Positions 17,799 through 26,694 are shown, counted from the first letter of the stretch. The stretch: DNA of 45,851 bases from Acidobacteriota bacterium (GCA_018894615.1 JAHIPL010000037.1:1-45851); one strand, 5' to 3'. Notes: a model not told the origin generated them from the sequence alone. Made by a program: numbers and translations.

Positions 17799-20765
17799 TT
17801 AGAAATCGAACCCGATCCAGAATTTTGTCTTGAATTTTCCGATGGCGTTGAAATCCCAGGGCATGGAAATATCCTGAAATTCCAGCTCTTTTACAAATTC
17901 CAGGTGGATCGGGATGCCTAGAAAAAAGAATTGAAAGCCGAAACCGTAGGAACCTGTGGCATCGGACGCCATTACTTCGGGAAACAAAGAGCTCTCCGTG
18001 AAGTCGTATCGATAGAGCTTCGCCGGCAGCCCCTTGATTTTGGCCCTCGACACATCGAAAAAGAAAGCGCCGCGGACGGGGCCGAAGTTGCCGATGGCGG
18101 TGGAGAGGGAGCTGAGGATGGGGAACCGGAATTCCAGGTTGGCATACCACCCTTCGTTTCCGATGATGTTGTAATAATAGGAGGATCGAACCTGGTTGTT
18201 CCCTCCCCAGTAAAAAATGAACGGCTGTTTCCCGCGGCTGAGAAATCCGTTGAATCGGAAGGCGAAAAGGGCGTCAGCCCCGAGATAGAGATACTGCCTG
18301 AAGTCTATATCCGCCGTGGTGTTTGTGATGAAGCTGTTGACGACCGGAACGGCCTGGGCAATGGAAAAACGGAACGTGTTTCCTTTCATGGGACCGTAGT
18401 AATTGAAGCGGGTGGTTTCCCCTGTCAGTCCCACGGACGCGTTGAGAACGTTTCCGGAAATGAAATAAGTAAAGGCGTTTCCGGCGTTCCTTATCGTCGA
18501 GGTGTTGAAAGAGGGATCGAAGAAGTCTTCATCATAGCGGGTGAAGGAGAGGATCCCTTCGGCACGATAATAGCGGTTAAATGGGTAGTAGGCCGCAACG
18601 GTGGCGCCCGAGATGGATCTGACGGCCATAGCGTCCCGGTAGGTGGCCAGATTGTAGAGGTAGGGATCCGTGTAATAATAGGGGGCGTAGTAATAGATGC
18701 TGTAGGAGTAAGCCTGCGCCATGAACTGGAGCCTGTTCGTCTGGTTGATGTAAGAGAAGTAATAGGAGCGGAAGTTCCGCACCTGGTAGGCGGTCAGGTT
18801 GAAAATGTGATTTCCCATGATGTCGGAAAAAGTGAGAGACGAACCTCCCCAGAGCGATCCGTCGGTTGAAACGATGGTGTCGATGGGCGGCCGCGCCATC
18901 AGGTGGAGCTTGCCCATGCCTTTGTAGGCCTTGATTTCATTCTTGTTGATGTCGACGTGGACGATGGGGTCGAACCTTTCGAACTGCTCCCCCTGCTCCA
19001 TCTCGGCAAAGGTGATTGTTTTTTCGGTCTCGCCCTCCAGTTCGGAACAGAATATCTGATAAGCGCCCTTGTTGAAGGATGAGAAGACGAGTTTTTTAGG
19101 ATTGTTCGCCACCGGGGTCGGGTAAAAATTTCCCGTCCGAACATCGGTGTAGCGCTTCAGCTCTCCCGTCTCCCGGTTGACGGAGTAGATGTTGTAGGCA
19201 TCGCGCTGGTTCCCGACAAAATAGACCTCTTTGTCATCCATGGAAAACGCGGGCGTGATGGTGTTGCCCCGGCCAAAGGTGAGCTGGGTTTTCTTTTTGA
19301 AATCATTGATGGGAGAAATGAACAGTTTGTCATTGACGTCCATTTTAATGGAATAGGCCACATATTCGCCGTCATTGGACACAGAGGGGCCCTTTTCGAA
19401 CAGCTCATCGTTAGTCAGGTTGATGACTTTTTCTGTTTCCAGGTTGAGCTTGAAAATGTCGTGAAACCCGGTTTCGAATCCGGTGAACAGCATTTCCTTG
19501 CCGTTCGGAAGAAAATGGGGGGCTCCCGGCGAATCGATATCGATGGAAACACTCCGGTCGGTTTTTCCTGTCAGCGCATTGACAAGAAACAGCTTGTATT
19601 TTCTTCCCGCGCGGGCGAAAAAGGCGATGGTGTCGCCATCGGGTGACCAGGCGAGGTGTTTTCCCCTTGTAGGGTCGACCTCGAACCGGATGTTTTCGTA
19701 TTTGAGAGAGTAGCCGCGGGTGATGTTCTTGATCACTTTACCGGTTTTGGTTGAGATAAGGACGACATCAAAATCCTGCTCCCCGTAATTCACGGTGAGG
19801 GTGGCCACCAGCTCTCCGGATGGCGAAACGGCGTGGGAGAAGGAAAAGTAGTACTGGTTGAGGGGAAATTCGGGGCCGATCACCAGGCTGTAGTCTTCAG
19901 GGTTCTCGCGCATCAGAAATGTTTTGTGCTTTTGGCGCATGTATTTTTTGAATTCGTGTCCGAACTGTTTCGGCTCCATGCCGAAGGCTTTCTTGATCGG
20001 ATTTTCGCTCCGAAGGAGAGATGAGTTCTTCATGGAATGCCAGAATTCCCGCACCGCATTTTTCCCATAGCGTTCTTCGATGAATTCGAACATGGCGTGT
20101 CCAAAATCGTATCCGGCCGGACGCGGCAAAGGATAGCGGGAAACCAGGGCCCCCCTTTCCGACAGGTCGGGAATCCGGTCGTTGACAACGGCGTCCCGGA
20201 CGATCAGGGAAGACCAATCCGACCAGGAGTCCGTGTTGTAATCGGCGAACCCTTCAATGATCCAGGACGGGGGCTGGCCGAGGGCATAGAGGGCCATTCC
20301 CGGGCCTCCGTAAAGGATATCGTATTGAAAAATGTGGGTGAGCTCATGTTCGACCAAGTCCTGAAGTTCGTCGTTGGCCATGTCGCCGCGGACGAGAAAG
20401 CGGTAGAGGATGGGCTCGGCCAACCCGAGGACGCTTTCCCCGACCGAAGTAAGGTTGTTCTGCTCAAACTCCGTGTAGTTGCTGAAATAGAGAACGGGGA
20501 TGACGACGGAGACCTGATGCTTGAGCTCCTGGCTGATCCGCTTGTAGGCGCTTTCCGCGAAGTTCGCTATTCTCTGCAGGACGGCGATGTCCTCTTCATA
20601 GTAATAGATGTCAAAGTGATCGGTTCGATAATGCTTCCACTCGAACGGATCGTAATTCACCTTGTTTTTTCCGTAGTATGGAAAATAATTAATCTGAGCG
20701 GAACACAGTCCCGCCAGGAGGAAAACCATCGCGGCTGCGGTGAGGGCTCTGGTCATCTTGTTCAT
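17799..20765 (-). CDS. Outer-membrane protein: zincin (peptidase MA-like) domain, TolB/PD40 beta-propeller and Omp85-type beta-barrel
   Basis: Sec signal; HELTH with downstream WIIEG(F)A; repeated SPSG/WSPDG/SNDG propeller blades; barrel motifs GGNNQVRS, NLEFRFP, AFFFD, SYGFGF; C-terminal FWIGFDF beta-signal. Confidence 0.85.
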   Translation of the reverse strand: MNKMTRALTAAAMVFLLAGLCSAQINYFPYYGKNKVNYDPFEWKHYRTDHFDIYYYEEDIAVLQRIANFAESAYKRISQELKHQVSVVIPVLYFSNYTEFEQNNLTSVGESVLGLAEPILYRFLVRGDMANDELQDLVEHELTHIFQYDILYGGPGMALYALGQPPSWIIEGFADYNTDSWSDWSSLIVRDAVVNDRIPDLSERGALVSRYPLPRPAGYDFGHAMFEFIEERYGKNAVREFWHSMKNSSLLRSENPIKKAFGMEPKQFGHEFKKYMRQKHKTFLMRENPEDYSLVIGPEFPLNQYYFSFSHAVSPSGELVATLTVNYGEQDFDVVLISTKTGKVIKNITRGYSLKYENIRFEVDPTRGKHLAWSPDGDTIAFFARAGRKYKLFLVNALTGKTDRSVSIDIDSPGAPHFLPNGKEMLFTGFETGFHDIFKLNLETEKVINLTNDELFEKGPSVSNDGEYVAYSIKMDVNDKLFISPINDFKKKTQLTFGRGNTITPAFSMDDKEVYFVGNQRDAYNIYSVNRETGELKRYTDVRTGNFYPTPVANNPKKLVFSSFNKGAYQIFCSELEGETEKTITFAEMEQGEQFERFDPIVHVDINKNEIKAYKGMGKLHLMARPPIDTIVSTDGSLWGGSSLTFSDIMGNHIFNLTAYQVRNFRSYYFSYINQTNRLQFMAQAYSYSIYYYAPYYYTDPYLYNLATYRDAMAVRSISGATVAAYYPFNRYYRAEGILSFTRYDEDFFDPSFNTSTIRNAGNAFTYFISGNVLNASVGLTGETTRFNYYGPMKGNTFRFSIAQAVPVVNSFITNTTADIDFRQYLYLGADALFAFRFNGFLSRGKQPFIFYWGGNNQVRSSYYYNIIGNEGWYANLEFRFPILSSLSTAIGNFGPVRGAFFFDVSRAKIKGLPAKLYRYDFTESSLFPEVMASDATGSYGFGFQFFFLGIPIHLEFVKELEFQDISMPWDFNAIGKFKTKFWIGFDF

Positions 20766-20785
20766 TTTGACTCCTCTTTCTGTTT

Positions 20786-21439
20786 CTATTTAATAAGGTA
20801 TCTCTGCTGAACCCTATCCCCGCCCTTGATTTCGAGGAACAGCTTATCCCTCACCCGCTGAATCAGCTCGAAAAAAGCGAAATAGGCGGTCTGGTTGGGG
20901 TTTTTATCCGTTTTTGTTTCCTTGAACTTGCGGTCATAAATCGGTTGCCCTGTTTCCCCGTCGATCAGATACAGATGAATATTCAGGATGTAGAAGCGCC
21001 GTTCGGATAGGCGAGACTCTGATGGAAAAGGGTCTTCGAATCGCTGTTTGTCCGTTCCGATCAAGGCTTTTCTGACTTCCGACACATACTCGACGCTTCC
21101 TGTCAGGATCAGCCCCGGCGCGTCGTCCTTGAGCCCCCGCTTCCAGAATTCCGGCTCTTTGAACCTGTCTTCTTTTTCCGGGGCCTTAAAATCCGTGCTG
21201 ACGGTTTTTTTGATCTTTTTCTCGATTTCAAACGTGAAATAGTCGAGGAGTTCATGGTTGATATCGAATTCTTCCACCGCCTTGATTATAAGGAAATCCG
21301 GAAGATACACGGTTGTGTACTTTCCAATATCGACGGATGTCTCTCCGGGGATTTCAAGCCGCATTTTGTAAGACTCCATGCTGGTACAGGAAAAAAAAGC
21401 GAGAGAAACGAGGAGAAGGAGAGCGCTACTTTTTTTCAT
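20786..21439 (-). CDS. Uncharacterised lipoprotein
   Basis: Start 21439 gives MKKSSALLLLVSLAFFS-C (lipobox-like); overlaps the end of the TPR gene. Confidence 0.75.
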   Translation of the reverse strand: MKKSSALLLLVSLAFFSCTSMESYKMRLEIPGETSVDIGKYTTVYLPDFLIIKAVEEFDINHELLDYFTFEIEKKIKKTVSTDFKAPEKEDRFKEPEFWKRGLKDDAPGLILTGSVEYVSEVRKALIGTDKQRFEDPFPSESRLSERRFYILNIHLYLIDGETGQPIYDRKFKETKTDKNPNQTAYFAFFELIQRVRDKLFLEIKGGDRVQQRYLIK

Positions 21440-21785
21440 TGGTTTCTTCCTGTTTGTCTTCGGCTCGTTTTTTAAAATGATCGTAGTTTGATTGAATGTA
21501 CCGGTTTTTCGGCGCAAGCTCGGATGCGATCTTGTATTCGATCTCCGCCTCTTTCATCATGCCCTTTTTTTCAAAGGCGACGGCCAGGTTATTGTGGGCG
21601 GCGGCGTTGTCCGGATCGGTGGAAAGAGCCTTTTTCCAGCGGAAAATCGCCTCCTCCCAGAGATCGGCTTGGGCGGCGCTGATACCGAACTGAACCTGAT
21701 TGACACGGAATCCGCCGGCGCAGGCCGAGGCGAGAACAATCAGGAGGACGGCAGAAACCGGACGCAAAAAAATTTTACCTTTCAT
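21426..21785 (-). CDS. TPR-repeat lipoprotein
   Basis: Lipobox LASA-C; TPR pattern EEAIFRWKKAL..DPDNAAAHNNLAVAFEKKG...EA..EY..A.EL.P.N. Confidence 0.85.
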   Translation of the reverse strand: MKGKIFLRPVSAVLLIVLASACAGGFRVNQVQFGISAAQADLWEEAIFRWKKALSTDPDNAAAHNNLAVAFEKKGMMKEAEIEYKIASELAPKNRYIQSNYDHFKKRAEDKQEETNEKK

Positions 21786-22071
21786 GGTGCTTTACTTCCT
21801 TTTTTCTTCTTATGTCATTCCGCCTTGTTTTTAAGAGCGGAACAAAATGAGTGACGGTTATAGATTGCAATATTCGTACCATTGTTTAAAGGGAATCGCT
21901 CTTCTTTTTTTTCAAAAAATGCCCTCTTGTGTAGACACATGTCACATACGATTATACCGCACCGGGCGTTTAGCGCTGTCATTTTTCGAAGAAGGCCCTG
22001 TTGTCCGGCTTTTCTTCTTCTCTATTTTAGCAGACAACACCGGCACTGAATATATTCCAACGGATTTGATC

Positions 22072-22100
22072 TTGGATTTTTTGTGGAAATATGCTATAAA
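22072..22100 (+). promoter_or_regulatory. Putative rpmB promoter with a DnaA-box-like 9-mer in the spacer
   Basis: TTGGAT-17-TATAAA with extended TG; TGTGGAAAT at 22082-22090. Confidence 0.45.
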
Positions 22101-22131
22101 TGACGTTTCGAAGCCAGAAAAGAGAAGAACA

Positions 22132-22323
22132 ATGCCAAAATTATGTGAAATATGCGGAAAAGGGCCTCAGTTTGGAAATAGCGTGAGCCATTCGCACAAA
22201 GCCTCAAAAAAGAAATGGAGCCCGAACCTTCAAAGAGTGAAGGCGCAGACCAAGGCCGGGGTCCGGCACATTTGGGTCTGCACCCGGTGTCTCCGCTCCG
22301 ACAAGGTCATCAAATCTACCTGA
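22132..22323 (+). CDS. rpmB: 50S ribosomal protein bL28 (zinc-binding C+ form)
   Basis: MPKLCEICGKGPQFGNSVSHSH...W.PNLQ.V...VCTRCLRS. True start is 22132, not the ORF-track 21847. Confidence 0.96.
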   Translation: MPKLCEICGKGPQFGNSVSHSHKASKKKWSPNLQRVKAQTKAGVRHIWVCTRCLRSDKVIKST

Positions 22324-22351
22324 CCGGCTTATAAAACCTCCCGCTTCCCAT

Positions 22352-22375
22352 AAAAAAAACAGGCCTGAATTCCTG
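22352..22375 (-). terminator. Possible intrinsic terminator after rel
   Basis: Minus strand CAGG...CCTG short stem followed by T8; the stem is weak. Confidence 0.3.
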
Positions 22376-22386
22376 GCGGATCCGGG

Positions 22387-24540
22387 CTAGAGCCGCTCCA
22401 CGGATGTGATCTCCTTGATCTGCAGCAGCCTGCTGATGATCGATTGAAGATGACCGATATTTTTAATCTCGAGGATGAGCCGGATCTGTCCCTCCTGATC
22501 GGTAAATGTCTCAACATTGGCTTTGATGATATTGCCTCCCAATTCCGCGATAACCGCCGTTACCTTGGCCAGAAGGCCGGGATAATTTTTTCCCCGCATG
22601 AGAAGCTTCCCCCGGAAGTGCCCCTTGAGAGATTGATCCCAGGTCATATCGAAAAGACGGTGCCGGTCGAGCGGCCCGTTCCGGATGTAGCGGCATCGCT
22701 GGGCGTGAATGGTAATTCCCTTTCCGCCGGTCATGTACCCGACAATAGGCTCTCCTTTGATCGGGGAACAGCACTTCCCCAGCTTCATGTTCCCTTTCTC
22801 GGATGCGAGTTTTATCTGTCCGCTCTTGGATTTTTGGGCGACCGAGGAGACGACTTTTTCAAGAAGGGGTTTGCCTCTGGAAACGGATTCTCCGGAGGAA
22901 AATATTTTGTCGAGACGCTTGTTCGTCAAGTCGATTTTTCCGCTTCCCAGAAACCCGAACAAATCATCCATTCCTTGAAGAGGGGCGTTTGTGAGGCGCG
23001 AAATTTTGCTGAGGAGGGCCGGTATTTTCTGGCGGGGAATGGCTTGCCCGCGGCTGGATAATGCCTCTTTCCAGATCTGTTTTCCGATGGTGACATCCCT
23101 GCTTTTTCTCTGCTGGTTAAGCCAGCGGGTGATGTGGTGTCTGGCCCTGGAAGTGAAGGCGATATTGAGCCACGTGCGTTCCGTGTGTATATCGGCCGTC
23201 GTAAGAATTTCGACGATATCTCCGGTTTTTAGAATTGTTTTTAGCGAGGCATGCCTGTTGTTGATTTTTGCTCCCGACGCATGCAGGCCGATTTCGGTAT
23301 GGATGCAGTATGCAAAATCGAGAGCGGAAGCGCCGAGCGGAAGCGTGATCACCTGGCCCTTTGGAGTGAACACGTAAATTTCTTCCGGGATTAGATCGGT
23401 TTTGAGCGACTGAAGAAATTCCCGAGGATTTTTCTGCTCCTTATACAAATCCACCAGCTCTCTCAGCCAGATGATCCGCTGGTCCTCCTTAAGAATCGCC
23501 TGCTGATCGGCCTCTTTGTACTTCCAGTGCGCGGCGATCCCGTTTTCCGCAAGGTCATGCATGTCCCTTGTCCGAATCTGAATTTCGAACATTTTTTTCT
23601 GCTCGGTGATGATGGTGGTATGAAGCGCCTGGTAGAGGTTGGGCTTCGGCATGGCGATGAAGTCACGGAACCGGTGGGGAAGATGAGGCCATTTCTGATG
23701 AATCATGCCCAGCGCGGCATAGCAGTTTTTAACGGAATCGGTGATGAGGCGGAGCGCCATAAGATCATACACCTGTGTGAACTCGATTTTCTGTCGCTGG
23801 AGTTTTTTGTAGATGCTGTAAGGCCTTTTGATGCGGAAGGAAATTTCGGCCGGGATGTTGTTGTCTTTCATTTCCCGGGCGATGGCCCTTTTGATTTTTT
23901 TTAAGTCGACGTCCGATTCCTTTCGTTTCGGCTGGACAAACGATTCAATCTTTTCGTAATAATCGGAATCGACGTACTGAAAGGCGAGATCTTCCAACTC
24001 CGCTTTGATGCGCCCCATTCCCAGGCGATTGGCGATGGGCGCATAGATGTCAAGGGTTTCCTTGGCGATCTTTTTCTGCTTGCTCTGGGGAAGGGATTTA
24101 AGGGTTTGAAGGTTGTGAATCCTGTCTGCCAGTTTGATAAAGATAACCCGGAGATCGTCGGTCATGGCGATAATGATTTTTCGAACACTTTCAGCCTGGC
24201 GGGTTTCGGGAGAGCTTTCCTGAACACGGCTGAGCTTGGTCACCCCTTCGACCAGATGGGCAACCTCCTTTCCGAATGCCTTTTGCAATTCCGGCGCGGT
24301 GACGCGGGTGTCCTCCAGCACATCGTGCAGGAGGCCGGCAGCGATTGTTGTTTTATCCATCCCCATGTCGGCCAGCATGTTGGCTACTTCCAGCGAATGG
24401 CTGAGATAGGGCTCTCCGGACCGTCGAACCTGTCCCTGATGCGCCTGCGCGGCAAAGACATAGGCCTTCTTGAGAAGATTGATTTCGCTTTCGGAAAAGG
24501 AGCCGGAGGCCTTATCCAGAATGTCGTCGATCCGGATCAT
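22387..24540 (-). CDS. rel: Bifunctional (p)ppGpp synthetase/hydrolase (long RSH, Rel)
   Basis: HD motif LLHDVLED, IKLADRIHN, synthetase R.K.PYSI, EIQIRT, TGS (VFTPKG), zinc finger CC...H...C, ACT. Start 24540 by ATGA overlap with gmhB. Confidence 0.96.
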   Translation of the reverse strand: MIRIDDILDKASGSFSESEINLLKKAYVFAAQAHQGQVRRSGEPYLSHSLEVANMLADMGMDKTTIAAGLLHDVLEDTRVTAPELQKAFGKEVAHLVEGVTKLSRVQESSPETRQAESVRKIIIAMTDDLRVIFIKLADRIHNLQTLKSLPQSKQKKIAKETLDIYAPIANRLGMGRIKAELEDLAFQYVDSDYYEKIESFVQPKRKESDVDLKKIKRAIAREMKDNNIPAEISFRIKRPYSIYKKLQRQKIEFTQVYDLMALRLITDSVKNCYAALGMIHQKWPHLPHRFRDFIAMPKPNLYQALHTTIITEQKKMFEIQIRTRDMHDLAENGIAAHWKYKEADQQAILKEDQRIIWLRELVDLYKEQKNPREFLQSLKTDLIPEEIYVFTPKGQVITLPLGASALDFAYCIHTEIGLHASGAKINNRHASLKTILKTGDIVEILTTADIHTERTWLNIAFTSRARHHITRWLNQQRKSRDVTIGKQIWKEALSSRGQAIPRQKIPALLSKISRLTNAPLQGMDDLFGFLGSGKIDLTNKRLDKIFSSGESVSRGKPLLEKVVSSVAQKSKSGQIKLASEKGNMKLGKCCSPIKGEPIVGYMTGGKGITIHAQRCRYIRNGPLDRHRLFDMTWDQSLKGHFRGKLLMRGKNYPGLLAKVTAVIAELGGNIIKANVETFTDQEGQIRLILEIKNIGHLQSIISRLLQIKEITSVERL

Positions 24541-25148
24541 TTTTCCTGTCCGCTCTTCGTTCCCCGGTCCCGGTGAATTCCTTCCCGATCCAGAATCCAA
24601 AAGACAGCCTGAAGAAGGGTCTCGGCCGCAAAAGCCGGCCGGCGGCCGCTGTTCAGCAGTTCCTGTTCGGCCTGGTGTCCGTATCCCGTGCGCACGAGAA
24701 CCGGGGTCGCTCCCATGTTGAGGCCGAAGAGAATGTCGCTCGTTTTATCTCCGATCATATAGGACCGGGAGAGATCGATGTTGAGATCCGCGGCGGCCGC
24801 CAAACCCATGGCCGGAAGCGGCTTTCGGCAGGGGCATTCTTTTTTATAACGAGTATCGAGAGAAGAAGGAGAATGAGGACAGGCGTAGATCGCATCGATG
24901 CGGGCGCCTTTCAGATGGAAATCCGCTTTCATCTGGTCATGAAGCAGGGAGAGCCGCTCTTCGCTGATCAGCCCCCGGGCGATGCCGGACTGGTTCGTGA
25001 CGATGACGGCCAAAAAATGGGCCCGGTTAAGGAGGCGGACGGCCTCATAGCCGAACGGATAGACGTGAACGGATTCAAATGAGTCGGGGTAACCGACATC
25101 TCTGTTGAGGGTCCCGTCTCTGTCAAGGAAGACCGCCTTCTTTTTCAT
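24537..25148 (-). CDS. gmhB: D-glycero-D-manno-heptose 1,7-bisphosphate phosphatase
   Basis: AVFLDRDGT, VTNQSGI, CPH...CPCRKP, MIGDK.SD. Start 25148. Confidence 0.93.
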   Translation of the reverse strand: MKKKAVFLDRDGTLNRDVGYPDSFESVHVYPFGYEAVRLLNRAHFLAVIVTNQSGIARGLISEERLSLLHDQMKADFHLKGARIDAIYACPHSPSSLDTRYKKECPCRKPLPAMGLAAAADLNIDLSRSYMIGDKTSDILFGLNMGATPVLVRTGYGHQAEQELLNSGRRPAFAAETLLQAVFWILDREGIHRDRGTKSGQEK

Positions 25149-26152
25149 GGAAGGAACGTCCGCCCGATGGAATAGACATCCTCCGCCGTTATGTCGTTCA
25201 TGCACCGGTGGTCATAAGGACAGGTCCGGTAAAGGCAGGGACCACAGGGCGCCTGCTTTTTTACGACGGCCGAAGGCTGCTGAAACGGGCCGGTTCGGCG
25301 CTCATCGGTCGGGCCGAAAATGGAAACGACGGGAGTTCCTACGGCATTGGCAAGATGCATCGGCCCCGAATCATTTGAAATAAAAAGACGGCAGAGCTTG
25401 ATGAGTGCGGCCAGCTGCGGCAGGTTCGTTTCTCCGGCCAGATTGACGGCCATTCGGGGGAGCGAGCGGACGATTTCTTCGGCCGGCTCTTTTTCCCGCG
25501 AAGATCCGACGATGCAGATCCGGGCGTCGTCCCTCTCCTGAAAAAGGCGGCCCAGTTCGGAAAATTTACTGTTCGGCCACTGTTTTGTCATCCCGTAAAA
25601 TGCGCCGGGGCTCAGGGCGACGAGCGGCCCGTCTCTGTCGACACCCCTCCTTTTCAGGATTTCGTCTGCGTCCGCCCTGTCCGAATCCGGCACGTCCAGA
25701 AACACCCTGGATTCGCCGACGGGAAAAGAGAGCCGGGACAACAGATGAAGGTACTCGTTGACCTGATGAAGAGGAGGGAGAAAACCGGGCGGCCTGACAC
25801 CACGGGACAGGAGGACGAATCGACCATCCCGGTTATATCCGCAGCGTTCCGGCGTCCGCGCTCTGAAAAAGGGGAGCACCGACCTGAATGAATTTGTCAG
25901 AAAAAGAACGGAATCGAATCCGATCTCCCTGATTCGCACCGTTGTGGCGACCTGCTCCCGCGCTGAGTTTGTCGAGGGGGTGAAAAGACAATGCGCGGCA
26001 AAATTTTGCCGCCGGTAGAGGTCCAGAATCCAATCCGGTCCGGCGAGCCAGAGCTCATCTCCCTGAAAAGAACGATGGAGACATCGGATGGAGGGCAGGG
26101 CCATAACCGCATCTCCAAGCCAGTTCGGGACGCGGATACAAATTTTTTTCAT
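25145..26152 (-). CDS. waaF: LPS heptosyltransferase II (GT9)
   Basis: PNWLGDAVMA, PGA.YG..KQWP, NLAGET.L, NDSGPMHLA.A, FGPT. Confidence 0.9.
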   Translation of the reverse strand: MKKICIRVPNWLGDAVMALPSIRCLHRSFQGDELWLAGPDWILDLYRRQNFAAHCLFTPSTNSAREQVATTVRIREIGFDSVLFLTNSFRSVLPFFRARTPERCGYNRDGRFVLLSRGVRPPGFLPPLHQVNEYLHLLSRLSFPVGESRVFLDVPDSDRADADEILKRRGVDRDGPLVALSPGAFYGMTKQWPNSKFSELGRLFQERDDARICIVGSSREKEPAEEIVRSLPRMAVNLAGETNLPQLAALIKLCRLFISNDSGPMHLANAVGTPVVSIFGPTDERRTGPFQQPSAVVKKQAPCGPCLYRTCPYDHRCMNDITAEDVYSIGRTFLP

Positions 26153-26436
26153 TCTTTCTGCCGTGGATGGCTGTTCTCCGTTGTTTTGGCGGCTGTTTTA
26201 TCCTCACTTTTAGCTGGGACAGGCGCCTTCTTCTGGTCCGGTGTTTCGGGTTTGCCTTTTTTGGGGTAATCCGTGATATACCAGCCTGTTCCTTTGAACT
26301 GAATGGCGGGAGATGAGACGAGCTTGTGGACCTCCCCTCCGCACGTGATGCATTTTTTTATAGGAGCCTCGTTCAGCTTCTGAAGCACTTCAAAAACGGC
26401 TTTGCATTCGGAACATTTATATTCATACAACGGCAT
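26149..26436 (-). CDS. FmdB-family zinc-ribbon protein
   Basis: MPLYEYKCSEC...CITCGG...FKGTGWYITDY followed by a low-complexity tail. Confidence 0.9.
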   Translation of the reverse strand: MPLYEYKCSECKAVFEVLQKLNEAPIKKCITCGGEVHKLVSSPAIQFKGTGWYITDYPKKGKPETPDQKKAPVPAKSEDKTAAKTTENSHPRQKE

Positions 26437-26464
26437 TTAATCACTCCTGATGGATGAAAAATGT

Positions 26465-26473
26465 ATTATAGCA
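26465..26473 (-). promoter_or_regulatory. Extended -10 promoter of the fmdB-waaF-gmhB-rel operon
   Basis: Minus strand TGCTATAAT about 30 nt before the ATG, with an AGGAG RBS between. Confidence 0.6.
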
Positions 26474-26520
26474 GATTCATCCCCTCGAATCCAGCATATC
26501 TAGTTTGTTATGTATACCTT

Positions 26521-26663
26521 GGTTAGCCGGGTCCCGCCCCGCCGCCCATGATGTTGCCGCTCGGTTGACGCCAGCACCAGGATGCCCCATCTTTTTTTAA
26601 CAGCACGGCTCCTTGAGGCTAACCTTTGCCGGCGCGGGTTTGCTCCCGGAAAAACAGGGAGCA
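26521..26663. ncRNA. Candidate structured RNA element of unknown class
   Basis: GC-rich intergenic tract with GGTTAGCC/GGCTAACC, CCCGCCCCG/CGGCGCGGG and TGCTCCC/GGGAGCA complementarities. Confidence 0.3.
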
Positions 26664-26694
26664 TGAAGGGAGAAGAATTCAATTGTGGAAACGG

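Noticed and set aside
21928-21947. TGTGTAGACACA palindrome and nearby short inverted repeats in the 346-nt TPR-rpmB spacer
   Set aside because: Short and not matching CRP/FNR/Rex spacing; cannot be distinguished from chance without comparative data.
21847-22131. 95-aa N-terminal extension on bL28 in the ORF track
   Set aside because: The bL28 sequence starts at 22132 and a promoter sits at 22072-22100; the upstream frame is likely open by chance.
26521-26663. Assignment of the structured element as 6S RNA, SRP RNA, ykkC/ppGpp or c-di-GMP riboswitch, or HDV-like ribozyme
   Set aside because: Only fragments match (ACCGAGCGG, GCAAACC, GAGCCG on the minus strand); the other required conserved motifs and helices were not found by eye.
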